Source: Octopus sinensis (taxonomy: Eukaryota). From it: DNA of 64,000 nt. Where the stretch lies: assembly GCF_006345805.1 (NCBI RefSeq), contig NC_043004.1, forward strand, positions 55,118,001-55,182,000, written 5' to 3'. A model generated the notes under the pieces. It saw only the letters and a list, made by a program, of their open reading frames with translations. It searched no databases and was not told the DNA's origin. Shown piece by piece: positions 51,905 to 64,000 of the stretch (its first letter is position 1; each line of letters begins with the position of its first letter). Position numbers and translations under genes: made by a program.

Positions 51905-52540
51905 GTGTTAATGTTCACAACAGCCGAAGAGGATCCGTGTCAAATTATCGGGAACTTATTCCAGAAGCTTAATAGTCCTCAATCCACTGTGCAAGAGTAT
52001 CTGAAGTAGATTGGAAAAATGTATTGAAAAGGGAAGCGGATATCTCATTAGCTAATGAGAATGAAGCATCTGTGCATTTAGGAAGTTACAATAATTTTCT
52101 GGAATAAACAAAATTTTAAAATTGAATGGTAACAGGATATGAGGAATGGATAGTCTACGCTAACAAATTTACGAAGCAGTGGCTGTCGCCAAACAAAAAT
52201 CCAATTAAGACGCCCAAACCACATCTAAAATCAAAAATTTTGCTTTGTTTGTTGGAATACAATATGTTCAAATTATTCAGTTCAGTTCAGTTCAAATTAT
52301 TGGAAAAGGGACGGACGTCACGCCAGAAATTTATATTAACGACTTAAACATGTCGATTAAATTTTTCTGAGAAAACACCCAGCTTTTGTCAAAAGAAAGT
52401 GTCATTCTGCAACATGATAGTGCAGGTCAACATTTCAGTGATGATAATCCAAGAAATTTAAATGGATTAGGTTCCAAAACATGACCTCACGCACCCTACC
52501 CACAAGACCTAAAAGCATCAGATTTTCGATTATTTAGTGA
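51905..52540 (+). mobile_element. Decayed mariner (DD34D-type) transposase fragment; pieces also at 44600-44825 and 47380-47628
   Basis: VTGYEEWIVY, TPKPHL, VILQHDSA, PHAPYPQDLKASDFRLF resemble VTGDEKW, LxHDNA and HPPYSPDLAPSDY. Confidence 0.75.
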
Positions 52541-55304
52541 AAACATTCACAAGCACGGACAAAGCCAAAACTGCTTCAAACATGTAAGAGAGCTATCGAC
52601 GTTTATTATGTTCATGTGTTGAAGTACACATCCTCTCCGCGAGAGATACGCAAATTTAGTAGGAGAACCTGTAGGAAGCCTTCCAGATGTTTTCAATATA
52701 ATGTCCGTCAATCCATCCATCCATCCATCCATTCGTTTCTGCTGGACTAACAACTGGGGTATTAGCTTTCACTTTGATGGATGTACTTTTGTAATACTGT
52801 ACAGGAAGTATCACAAGTCCGATGCTGTCATCGCAGTATTACCTTCCTATGAAGCATGACAATTAATGCGAAATCTGTATCAAGGAAAATTCCGAGGATA
52901 CAGATATATGATATAGAATGGAGAGAGCACAATCGCATGAAAGAATCCTGATGGAATGTACCTATTAAGACTTCAATAAACTGCAAACATAATAAACTAG
53001 GCACAATGATCTGTGTAAGTGGAAAACCAAACTATGCAAAGGTTTCAGCTGTTAGATAAATTCGTTCGTTGTTTTACTACTAGGATCTCCATCATCATAT
53101 ATCTGAAGACAGAAAAAAAAATTAAATTTAAAAAGAGTTAAACATGAAACTACTGTAATTCATTCGGATTGTGGAAGCACTCCGTCGGTTACGACGACGA
53201 GGGTTCCAGTTGATCCGAATCAACGGAACAGCCTGTTTCCGCCTACGAATTCCACTTACAAGGCTTTGGTAGGACCGGGGCTATAGCAGAAGTCACTTCG
53301 AGATCCACTACACTCAGAGATTGGTTGGCGTTAGATGTGCATCCACCTTAGGAAACAATGCCTGATCGGACTGGAGCCTGAAAGAAGCCCGTCGTATATA
53401 TGTATATACACATATATATGTGCAGTGTTCGACAACCGATGCTTGTGTGTATATCCGTGTTAGCGGTTTGTTAAAAAACACCAATAGAAAAAGGAATGGG
53501 CTTACAAAAGCATAAGTCCCGGGGTCGTGTTGCTCGATTCAAGGCGGTGCAGTCAAATGACTGAAACAACTAAAAGAGTAAAAAGTATAATCATAAATGA
53601 GTTGATATATTGTGTTTATTGTATATATGAGGTTGTCAGGTGGCAGAATTGTTAGCACACTGCACAAAATACATAGCGGCATTTCGCCCATCTTTACGCT
53701 CTAAGTTCAATTTCTAGCCATTAAAATAAGTACCAATTGAGTAGCCCTTCTGAAATTGCTGGACTTGTACCAAAATTTGAAACCAATAAGAGGAAATGTT
53801 AGGTGCCGAATTGGCTATGATATTGAGAAGTTGGTTTCCCAAGTATGTGGTTTCAAGTCAGTGTCTTTTGATCAACCAAAGTCTTGTGTATGGATTTGAT
53901 AGATGGTAACTTGAATAAGCCCACCTATTTTGATCAATACTTACAATGCTTACAAGAAAAAATTAAAAATACAATGAAAACCAATACCAATTCATAAAGA
54001 TCTGAATCATTTGCACCAAAATGTAAAAACTAATCACTTTGGCAACAATGCCAAACAATAAATTTGTGTGATTCTTGATTGCTCTTCACCACAAACAGAA
54101 CATTGAAAAAACGGAAACTGAAAGAATTCTATCGTAGATATATATATATATATATACACACAGAAAGGGTTGTTTTGATACTCACTTTGACTATGCATTC
54201 TAAGTTCAAATTCTGTCATGGTTGATTGTTCCTGTGATCCTTTCGGGGTTGATAAAATAAATACCAGTGGAGTCATAGGAACGATGTAATCAACTTGCAC
54301 CCCTCCATTGAAATTGCTGGCCTTTTGCCAAAATTTGAAATCAGTCTTTTAAGATGATGAGCAGGTACAATCATTTGCATCATCATCATCATTATCGTTT
54401 AACGTCCGTTTTCCGCGCTAGCACGGGTTGGACTGTTTGACCGGGTTCTGGGAATCAACGTACACCCCCTCCATTGAAATTGCTGGCCTTTTGCCATAGT
54501 TTGAAATCAGTCTTTTGGAGCAGGCACAATCATTTGCATGTTTGGTGAAATATTTAACATTGTTTCCAGCTCTATGTTTTGAGTTCAGATTCTGCGAATA
54601 TGGAAGTTGCCTTTCATTCTTTCAAGTTCAATAAAATAAAGCACCAATCAAGTATTTGGGGGTCGATGTAACTGACGTCCTTTCCCTCAAATTTGTTGGC
54701 CTTGTACCAAAATTAAAAAGCAGTGTATTGATAGTTTAAGAACGGTGACATCAAATAAGATTGTAGTGTTGATCTAGAATTGAAACCCAAGAAATATGGC
54801 ATATTTTTTTATTTTTATAAATTAGCTTCAGGAATGCAGGACTAACAAACATTTTGTTAGAGGGACGTATTTCATAAGGTAGTGTTGGGTATGTTTTGTA
54901 TAATTCAATGGCAAAAAAATCCCTTGTTATCCACATTGCCTTGAACTAATCAGGCATGAGATTTTGTAGAAGTTAATTTTTTAAAACGATATTGTAGCGC
55001 TTGTACGAGAAACCAGATCTTGCCAGTTTGAACAGGCAGAATACTTTTGGCCGGATATGGCCAGTTGGAATGCTAAAGGGTTAATCTCTTATCTCCTAAA
55101 GGATGTTCAGTCTTGCAGATCGCATAGCACTTCAGTAATGCTGACAGTATAAAAAAAAATTTCGAATTGGACAGTGAGATACAAGGCCCGTCTTGATATG
55201 ATATGTCTGTACGATGCTATATTGATTGGCAAAATTGTATAGTGTGAGAGAAAATGTTTTGCTGTATCTAATTATGTCCTGCTCTGTTCATAATTAACCA
55301 TAAT

Positions 55305-55855
55305 GCCAATCCAGTCCTTAATCTCTAGGGAACAAAGGTGCATGTGTAGTTTGCAATGTCTTCTCATGATTTAATTAGATTTTTTTTCCAGTAATTTATT
55401 GGAATAAAAAGGGCCATATAGCTCCTTGGAGCAGACATGATTTTCGCTGAGAATTTAAAAAAAAATCTTACAAATTTGTGAATATACTGTCGAAAATATG
55501 TCATCTTGAATTTGAACGCGATTTCCCAAAATGGCATGATTTTATCGATATTTTCTGATGGAATCTAACGTCAGAATTAAGTTTCTACGGAAAATATTAA
55601 GCTTCACCAAGAGTTTGGTAAAAATCGATTGCAACTTGCGAAAACTACAACAGAAAATGGGATGCATATAAAGGATTTAGACTTTCGATTTTTTTCAGAA
55701 CTGGGGGAACTTTTCACGATCTTCGCTTCGTTAGTTTTGCAATATTGTCATATCGGGCTACGTTTGTGTTAAGTTTCATCAGAATCGGTTGAAGCCGTGG
55801 TCAGGGTAAGGGTACAAAATGACAGACACACTGACATGTTTATATATTAAGAGAA
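55305..55855 (-). mobile_element. Decayed copy of Helitron N1 lacking the 3' hairpin/CTAG
   Basis: Collinear with 9215-9956 with deletions; related pieces at 49670-50150, 45745-45883 and 48540-48663. Confidence 0.8.
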
Positions 55856-56249
55856 ATACGACGGGCTTCTTTCCACTCACAAGGTTTTGGATGGCCTGAA
55901 GCTATAGTAAAAGACAAGGTGCCACGCAGTGGGAATGAACTAGCAAAAGGATACGGATCTTTTCGGTTTGAACGGCAGTTTTTAACATAATTCCTAGGTA
56001 ACTAAAAAATTTTAAACTTCGTATACTGGTAGAATGTGTTCATAAAAATCTTTTTCTCTTGGCTTTATTGAGAAAATTCTATAGTTTGTAAGATATTTGT
56101 TTTATCTTCAATTTCTGCAATTTCAACCAATCAATGACGTCTATTGAGGTGAAAACATTCTGTGCCGTCTGAATATGTCTCTCGTTTAAGAAACAGATTG
56201 GGTTTATTTATATTTGTGAAGAAAAAAAGATACCCTTCCCCCCACCCAT

Positions 56250-59105
56250 GACCCTAAAACAGATAGAAATGCAGTAGATCGATACTAGGGTCATAATTAT
56301 GGGTGACAATTTCATATGACACCGCTAGAAAAACTGCTGTTCAAACCGAAAAGATCCTAAAAAATATTTGTGTTTTATTTACTTTGCTAGGTAGTCGCTG
56401 TAGGATCGACTAGTCACGAGTAGCTAGCCCGGATGTGCGTCTACTTGCACCGGGACCACTCTTCTTAAGTAGTACCACTTTTAATACACTAAAGCGTGTA
56501 ATATAGGCTGAACTTCGGATATAGGACCAAATGGTGATTCCTGAAGAGATATTTCTTTGAAACACATGCGTCGTATATCTCATCAAATACGGTATTTATG
56601 TTTTCGATAGTAATCCACAGCTAAAATATGAACCTCTAATTCGTGTGGTCCCAGGGAAACTGTTCAGTGTGGCCATGTTTTAAGACGGCACTGTTTCTAG
56701 GGCAATAAAATAGGTAACAGGCATGCGTTGAATTTAATTCAACGGACTGTGTGCCTTCCTTTTACATATATCCGGCCTTCGTGTATCTTTAGGTTGTTAA
56801 TTTAAATCCTGACCCTATTGGTTTTATTCTTAGAGTCGGTAAAATAATTATCAGTACCATAATTGGTAAGTAAATGTACTAACTAATTACTGATTTTATT
56901 TAGTTCATTTAAGTAAACGGCAACCGACAGTTATTTCAGTGTGTAGCAAGGGAGGTAATTTAAGAACTTTTTGCTCAACTATTATCTCCCTTGTACTTAT
57001 CTTCATTTTATCAAAATTGTTGTCTAAAACCATTATCAGTGGTCAGTGGGGGTCAGTACACTGTCACTTTCAGTATTTGTATTAACTGATCTTAGATCTT
57101 TTCAGTTTGAACAGCAGTTTTTTAAAATAATTTCTAGGTAACTGAAAAATTTTTCTCTTAGCTTTATTGAGAAAATTCTGTAGATTGTATGATATTTGTT
57201 GCTTTTTTTTCTTCAATTTCTGCAATTTCAACCAATCAATGACATCTATTGAAGTGAAAACATTCTGTGCCGCATGAATATGTCCCTCGTTTAAGAAACA
57301 GATTGGGTTAAGTTACAGTACAAGACACGAAGGCCGGAAATATACCCTTCCCCCCACCCTGACCCTAAAACAGATAGAAATGCAGTAGATCGATACTAGG
57401 GTTATAATTATGGGTGACAATTTCATATGACACCGCTAGAAAGTCTGCAGCTCAAACCGAAAAGATCCTAAAAAATATTTGTGTGTTTATTTACTTTGCT
57501 ATGTAGTCGCTGTAGGATCGACTAGTCACGACTAGCTAGCGCGGATGCGCGTCTACGCGCACCGGGACCACTTTTAAGTAGTACCACTTTTAATACATTA
57601 GGCTGAACTTCGGATATAGGACCAAATGGTGATTCCTGAAGAGATATTTCTTTGAAACACATGCGTCTTATATCTCATCAAATACGGTATTTATGTTTTC
57701 GATAGTAATCCACAGCTAAAATATGAACCTCTAATTCGTGTGGTCCCAGGGAAACTGTTCAGTGTGGCCATGTTTTAAGACGGCACTGTTTCTAGGGCAA
57801 TAAAATAGGTAAGAGGCATGCGTTGAATTTAATTCAACGGACTGTGTGCCTTCCTTTTACATATTTCCGGCCTTCGTGTATCTTAGGTTGTTAATTTAAA
57901 TCCTGACCCTATTGGTTTTATTCTTATTCATTTGGAGTCGGTAAAATAATTATCAGTACCATAATTGGTAAGTAAATGTACTAACTAATTACTGATTTTA
58001 TTTAGTTCATTTAACTAAACGGCAACCGACAGTAATTTCACAGTGTGTAGCAAGGGAGGTAATTTATGAACTTTTTGCTCAACTATTATCTCCCTTGTAC
58101 TTATCTTCATTTTATCAAAATTGTTGTCTAAAACCATTATCAGTGGTCAGTGGGGGTCAGTACACTGTCACTTTCAGTATTTGTATTAACGGATCTTAGA
58201 TCTTTTCAGTTTGAACAGCAGTTTTTTAAAATAATTTCTAGGTAACTGAAAAATTTTTCTCTTAGCTTTATTGAGAAAATTCTGTAGATTGTATGATATT
58301 TGTTGCTTTTTTTTCTTCAATTTCTGCAATTTCAACCATCAATGACATCTATTGAAGTGAAAACATTCTGTGCCGCATGAATATGTCCCTCGTTTAAGAA
58401 ACAGATTGGGTTAAGTTACAGTACAAGACACGAAGGCCGGAAATATACCCTTCCCCCCACCCCTAAACCTAACTTACCCTAACCCTAAAACAGATTGAAA
58501 TGCAATAGATCGATACTACGGTCATAATCATAGGTGACAATTTCATATGACACCGCTAGAAAGTCTGCAGCTCAAACCGAAAAGATCCTAAAAAATATTT
58601 GTGTGTTTATTTACTTTGCTATGTAGTCGCTGTAGGATCGACTAGTCACGACTAGCTAGCGCGGATGCGCGTCTACGCGCACCGGGACCACTTTTAAGTA
58701 GTACCACTTTTAATACATTAGGCTGAACTTCGGATATAGGACCAAATGGTGATTCCTGAAGAGATATTTCTTTGAAACACATGCGTCTTATATCTCATCA
58801 AATACGGTATTTATGTTTTCGATAGTAATCCACAGCTAAAATATGAACCTCTAATTCGTGTGGTCCCAGGGAAACTGTTCAGTGTGGCCATGTTTTAAGA
58901 CGGCACTGTTTCTAGGGCAATAAAATAGGTAAGAGGCATGCGTTGAATTTAATTCAACGGACTGTGTGCCTTCCTTTTACATATTTCCGGCCTTCGTGTC
59001 TCTTTAGGTTGTTAATTTAAATCCTGACCCTATTGGTTTTATTCTTATTCATTTGGAGTCGGTAAAATAATTATCAGTACCATAATTGGTAAGTAAATGT
59101 ACTAA
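56250..59105 (+). repeat. Tandem array, unit about 1.12 kb, about 2.6 copies, derived from 17190-18300
   Basis: aaagatcctaaaaaatatttgtg recurs near 56350, 57461 and 58581; another copy at 50253-51080. Confidence 0.85.
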
Positions 59106-62100
59106 CTTTGCTAGGTAGTCGCTGTAGGACTTCGTTTAAGAAACAGATTGGTTTTATTTACATTCGTGAAGAAAAAAACATACCCTTCCCCCCACCCCTA
59201 AACCTAACTTACCCTAACCCTAAAACAGATTGAAATGCAATAGATCGATACTACGGTCATAATCATAGGTGACAATTTCATATGACACAGCTAGAAAAAA
59301 CTGCTGTTCAAACTGAAAAGATCCCGGATTATAGTCTACCGAAAATTATAAAATTTGGTACAACAATACACTTGCCCGAACTGAATTGCTGGAGTTATTT
59401 CATTTTTTTTCCCCATAAAAATGTTTTTAAAAAAGTTATAGAGGTTTAAAGTTTGGTCCTTTTCACCGAGTCAGGAAGTAAGATTTGGAAGCTGTCATTT
59501 TGTGCCCAACTGCACATTTTGTCGTCAACATCCTGGAAATAGCACGTGTTGTCAATATTTGTAAACAACATGTGTTATGCCTTCAGTAATTTTCTTTCAT
59601 GCAAATAAATCTTATTTAGTTGTCATTTTTAGTATACCTTACAACCACTAGTGTTTAATGCAAATGCAATGAGCAACACGTTACATGCGATAAACACATT
59701 ACAATTTTTAACAGAAAGGTTTAGAAGAATTAGATGAAAGTTCTCCAGGCGCAGGAGTGGCTGTGTGGTAAGTAGCTTGCTAACCAACCACATGATTCCG
59801 GGTTCAGTCCCACTGCGGGGCATCTTGGGCAAGTGTCTTCTGCTATAGCCTCGGGCCGGCCAAAGCCTTGTGAGTGGATTTGGTAGACGGAAACTGAAAG
59901 AAGCCTGTCGTATATATATATATGTATGTGCGTGTATGTGTTTGTCCCCCTAGCATTGCTTGACAACCGATGGTGGTGTGTTTATGTCCCCATTAATTAG
60001 CGGTTCGGCAAAAGAGACCGATAGAATAAGTACTGGGCTTACAAAGAATAAGTCCCGGGGTCGATTTGCTTGACCAAAGGCGGTGCTCCAGCATGGCCGC
60101 AGTCAAATGTCTGAAACAAGTAAAAGAGTAATTTTCTTTTATGTAGATAAAAGTTAATTTAAGAGAGAAAAAAAATTTAGTTTTAAATCTCTGAGCGAGA
60201 TGTTGGTAAATAAACTTCAATTTAAAAGATTTATCAAAAAAAATCTTATTTAGCTATTATTTTTAGCACACCTCACAACCACCTGGTTTAAATACAATTC
60301 AAATATGTGTAAAAATACATTTAACTTTCGGTTTTAATTTTTAAAATATCCTCCTTTGTTTTCAATGCTTTCCATAATAGAAGCAAAGTTACTGGAGCTT
60401 GCTGCTACAATCACCCAGAACACAGCATCAAATTTGTCATCATGTGCTTCCTCACAGATAAAAAACTTTTCTAAGAGTATTTCAGATTTGCTTGTTACTA
60501 TGGCAACAGGCATGGTGAGAGACAAAAGAGTTCTCATGTTTATCGAAACAGCCATGAATGCATCTGTGGCTTACGTTTGGCTAAAATTACCAAAATTTTC
60601 AAACTTTAATTACTAATAACTCTTTATTTGTCAATTTATAGCGAAAATTAATTTCCCATCATTAATTAGCCTATAAAAGTATATCATTACACTGAATATG
60701 AAATTTAATTCAAACAGACAATTGACACTGGCAGCCACTGGCAACCAAACAGAAAAGATCCGCATTAACATAAATCAGGTAATTTTGAGTCAATGTAGCA
60801 GCCTCAATTTGGTTGCTTAGCTTGCTAGAAATATCAACAAAATCTTCCTCAAATCGCACACTGCTGTTTTAGAAAAAGGACCTGTTGGATCAGTGTTTTT
60901 CAACCATTTATAACATATGAACCCCTTTCACTCGGATGGCTACTCCTAGCTATTCATCATCATCATCATCATCATTTAGCATCCGCTTTCCATGCTAGCA
61001 TGGGTTGGACAGTTCAACTGGGGTCTGGGAGGCCAGAAGGCTGCACCAGTGTTTAAAAATCACATCATTTCTTAAATAATTAAATATCATTAGGGTTTGT
61101 AGAAAAAAAATATTGTTAATATATTTTGTGAATTGCAGAAATTATAACAAATCTATTACTCTTTACTCTTTACTCTTTTACTTGTTTCAGTCATTTGACT
61201 GCGGCCATGCTGGAGCACCGCCTTTAATCGAGCAACTTGACCCCGAGACTTATTCTTTGTAAGCCCAGTACTTATTATATCGGTCACTTTTGCTGAACCG
61301 CTAAGTGACGGGGATATAAACACACCAGCATCGGTTGTCAAGCAATGCTAGGGGGACAAACACAGACACACAAACACACACGCACATATATATATATATA
61401 TATATATACAGATCGCCATGTTGATTCGTTAGTTACTGCACGCATTTTTTTTCTCTCCTTCTTTCTGTGTTTTTGTTTTCTCTGTGTATCTTTCTGTTGA
61501 AGAGCGTAGGCTCGAAATGTTAAAGACTTGTTTTATTTATATTTCCTGAGCACCATACTAATACAATTGTTTGTTTGTTTTCCACCTGCCTTCGTCTTTT
61601 GTCTATAGTAGAAGAAACTTGCCCAAGGTGCCACGCAGTGGGACTGAACCCGGAACCATGTGGTTGGTAAGCAAGCTACTTACCACACAGCCACTCCTGT
61701 GCCTATTGCTGATAAATTTTAATAATATTGTCTTATATGGACCCCAGTTGAAAATCACTTTATTGAATAAGGTAGCCCTAGATAAACTGTAGTTTAAAAG
61801 CTCTGGGATGGTTATGGCTGGGACATCTTTGATAATAGATCTGCTGGACAGGCACTGACCTGGAACTTGGCAACAACGACAAAGGACTATATAATCCAAG
61901 ATACACTAATTGGATATATGATGAGGTGATCACGGCTGGAACATCTTTGATAACAGATCTGCTTGCTTTGGTATACCATATCTGAAAATAGAACAAAATG
62001 GTCATAGCTGGAATGTCTTTGATAGGCCTCTTGTGGATCTGTGCTGACTTGGGGCTAAACAATAACTGATTTGAACCAATTTGGAAACTGGTTGACACCT

Positions 62101-62166
62101 TCATGAAGTACATTTGTATGTTATTGTAGTATCTATAGTAGGTCTTTGTAACATTTGTCCTTATTA

Positions 62167-62594
62167 TCTCTCTCTATATAAACGGCAGTTTGTCTGTCAG
62201 GTTGTACCCTCACCCTGACCACGGCTTTCAACCGATTCTGATGAAACTTGACACACACATAGCCCAATGTCATAATTCAAAACTAACGCAGCGAAAATTT
62301 TGAAAAGTTCCCCCAGTTCTGAAAAAAATCGATAAATTCGACATGGAGTCGAGAATCTAAGCTTTTTATATGCCCCCTAGACATATAAAAAAAGCTTTTT
62401 ATATGTCTAGGGGACACAACTCGACAGCTAGGGACAGCTAGGAACATCGTATACACAGAAGTATTCGAGTGAAGAGAAGACATTGCAACCTACACATGCG
62501 CCTTCGTTCCCTAGAGGGAAAGGACTAGATTGGGATTAGTCGTTATCTATTAGGGGCTCTTACATACCCGGGCAACGCCAGGCTATGCTGCTAG
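62167..62594 (+). mobile_element. Non-autonomous Helitron N2, duplicate copy
   Basis: Near-identical to 27481-27908 with the same flanks, so copied by the segmental duplication. Confidence 0.92.
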
Positions 62595-63974
62595 TCCTCA
62601 TTATAAACCAGGCTCTGTTGATTTAACACTCCTTTATTCCTAGACCTAAACCTCTAATATGACAAAAGTGTAATTACATATTTGTAAACTGGTTCACAAC
62701 ATTCCTAAAATGCTTAAGACATTTTCAGAACTAATGTTTCACCTCTAGTTAAACATATTTTGGTGGGGGGGACTTTCTTCCTAGATAGTAAGTAACATTG
62801 CAAGATGGTATAATACTTATTTACCTATGTAAAGTCAACTGAGGCAATGTAGAATTCACTTTTTTTGTTACCATATTTTCTCTTGGAATACATTGTTTTT
62901 GTTTTAGTAAATTTTGAAAATAAGAATTTTTTTAATAAAAAATAATTTTGTCGTTATTAGGCTCATGTTTAGAGCATAGAATAACATAGACTTTTGATGG
63001 TTTCATCATCATCATCATCATCATCGTTTAACGTCCGTTCTCCATGCTAGCATGGGTTGGATGGTTCGACCGGGGATCTGGGAAGCCAGACGGCTGCACC
63101 AGGCTTCAGTCTGATCTGGCAGTGTTTCTACAGCTGGATGCCCTTCCTAACGCCAACCACTCCGTGAGAATAGTGGGTGCTTTTTATGTGCCACCAGCAC
63201 AGGTGCCAGGCAAGGCTGGCAACGGCCATGGTCGGATTGGTGCATTTTACGTGCCACCGGCATGGAAGCCAGTCGAGGCGATGCTGGCATCGGCCACGAT
63301 TCGGATAGCGCTTTTTATGTGCCACTGACACCGGAGCCAGTCGAGGCGATGCTGGCATCGGCCACGATTCGGATAGCGCTTTTTACGTACCACCAGTCCA
63401 AGGGTCCTGGCAACTGCCGGGTGCCAGTCATAGGATTGGTTCAATTTTGATTCCGATTTCGATTTCACTTGCCCCCAACAGGTCTTCGCATGGGTGCCTG
63501 TCGTCGGATGAGGTTTGATTTCAACTTCGCTTGCCTCAACAGGTCTTTGTGTGTCCAAGGGAGGAAAGACATGCATAAGTGGGCTGGACTCACTTGTCCT
63601 GCCTGGTCTTCTCATGCACAGCATATTTCCAAAGGTCTTGGTCGCTGGTCATTGCCTAGTTTAGATAATTTTTTAAAATAGGAAATTTATGTCATGGAAC
63701 CAAGTCCAGCCTGGGATGAGTTGGTATCAAAAAAGTTAAATGAACTGCTAAAATACACAAAGCATTTGAAACCATGCTAAAACAGACAATTGGAGCCTGA
63801 ACACCTCTCTGGCTGGCCATCTCCTGTCAAGCTGTCCAACCTATGACAGCATGGAAAACAGACGTAAAATGATAATGACATCGATGATGATGATGACTTG
63901 CTTTGAATTAGAACTCAAAAGTCTTTGATATAATAATCAACTGCTATATTCATTTAAGCAGTTTTCTACTTAAT

Positions 63975-64000
63975 TGTTTTATATCACTTCTCTTCCAGAT
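63975..64000 (+). other. ALG14: Duplicated ALG14 splice acceptor and first 2 nt (63999-64000) of a second copy of exon 29305-29364
   Basis: tgttttatatcacttctcttccag|at is identical to 29281-29306 and closes a long collinear duplicate of 26170-29306. Confidence 0.85.

Larger units (their letters stand above)
54159..64000 (+). repeat. Direct segmental duplicate of ALG14 intronic region 3243-29306, with large gaps
   Basis: Collinear blocks: 54159-55940~3243-10069, 55955-59130~16907-18300, 59130-60665~18300-20033, 60666-64000~26170-29306. Confidence 0.93.

Noticed and set aside
54455-55940. Compressed copies as processed (spliced) retrocopies
   Set aside because: The gaps I checked are not bounded by GT-AG on either strand, a true exon is lost rather than kept, and there is no poly(A) or TSD.
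55305-55945. Helitron end-bypass transduction as the cause of the duplication
   Set aside because: The Helitron 3' terminator is missing, but the copy continues past the element's 5' TC end into the flanking SINE, so it does not start at the Helitron nick site.

Overview
AT-rich, repeat-dense animal genomic DNA. The repeat families (tRNA-headed SINEs, RTE LINEs with (CAT)n tails, (TA)n tracts) look like Octopus to me; this is recognition, not a database result. The only host gene I can support is the 3' half of ALG14 (UDP-GlcNAc transferase subunit, + strand). Its three coding exons (13908-14030, 29305-29364, 30510-30680) splice in phase 0 with GT-AG ends. The 15.3-kb intron holds a nearly intact 6.1-kb autonomous Helitron (20034-26169). 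It has a TC start, a hairpin plus CTAG end, an A^T target, Rep and PIF1-helicase motifs, one frameshift and nine 23-aa STPR-like N-terminal repeats. Non-autonomous derivatives with the same termini lie nearby. From about 40 kb on, the window is largely a rearranged re-copy of itself: an inverted segment (40.0-43.7 kb), a 2.8-kb and a 1.1-kb tandem array, and deletion-compressed collinear copies. It also holds a second copy of the ALG14 intron (54.2-64 kb) that has the empty Helitron site, lacks exon 13908-14030 and reaches the next ALG14 exon at 63999. A falsely duplicated haplotype cannot be excluded for the near-identical part. Penelope-like fragments carry an atypical hammerhead-like motif.
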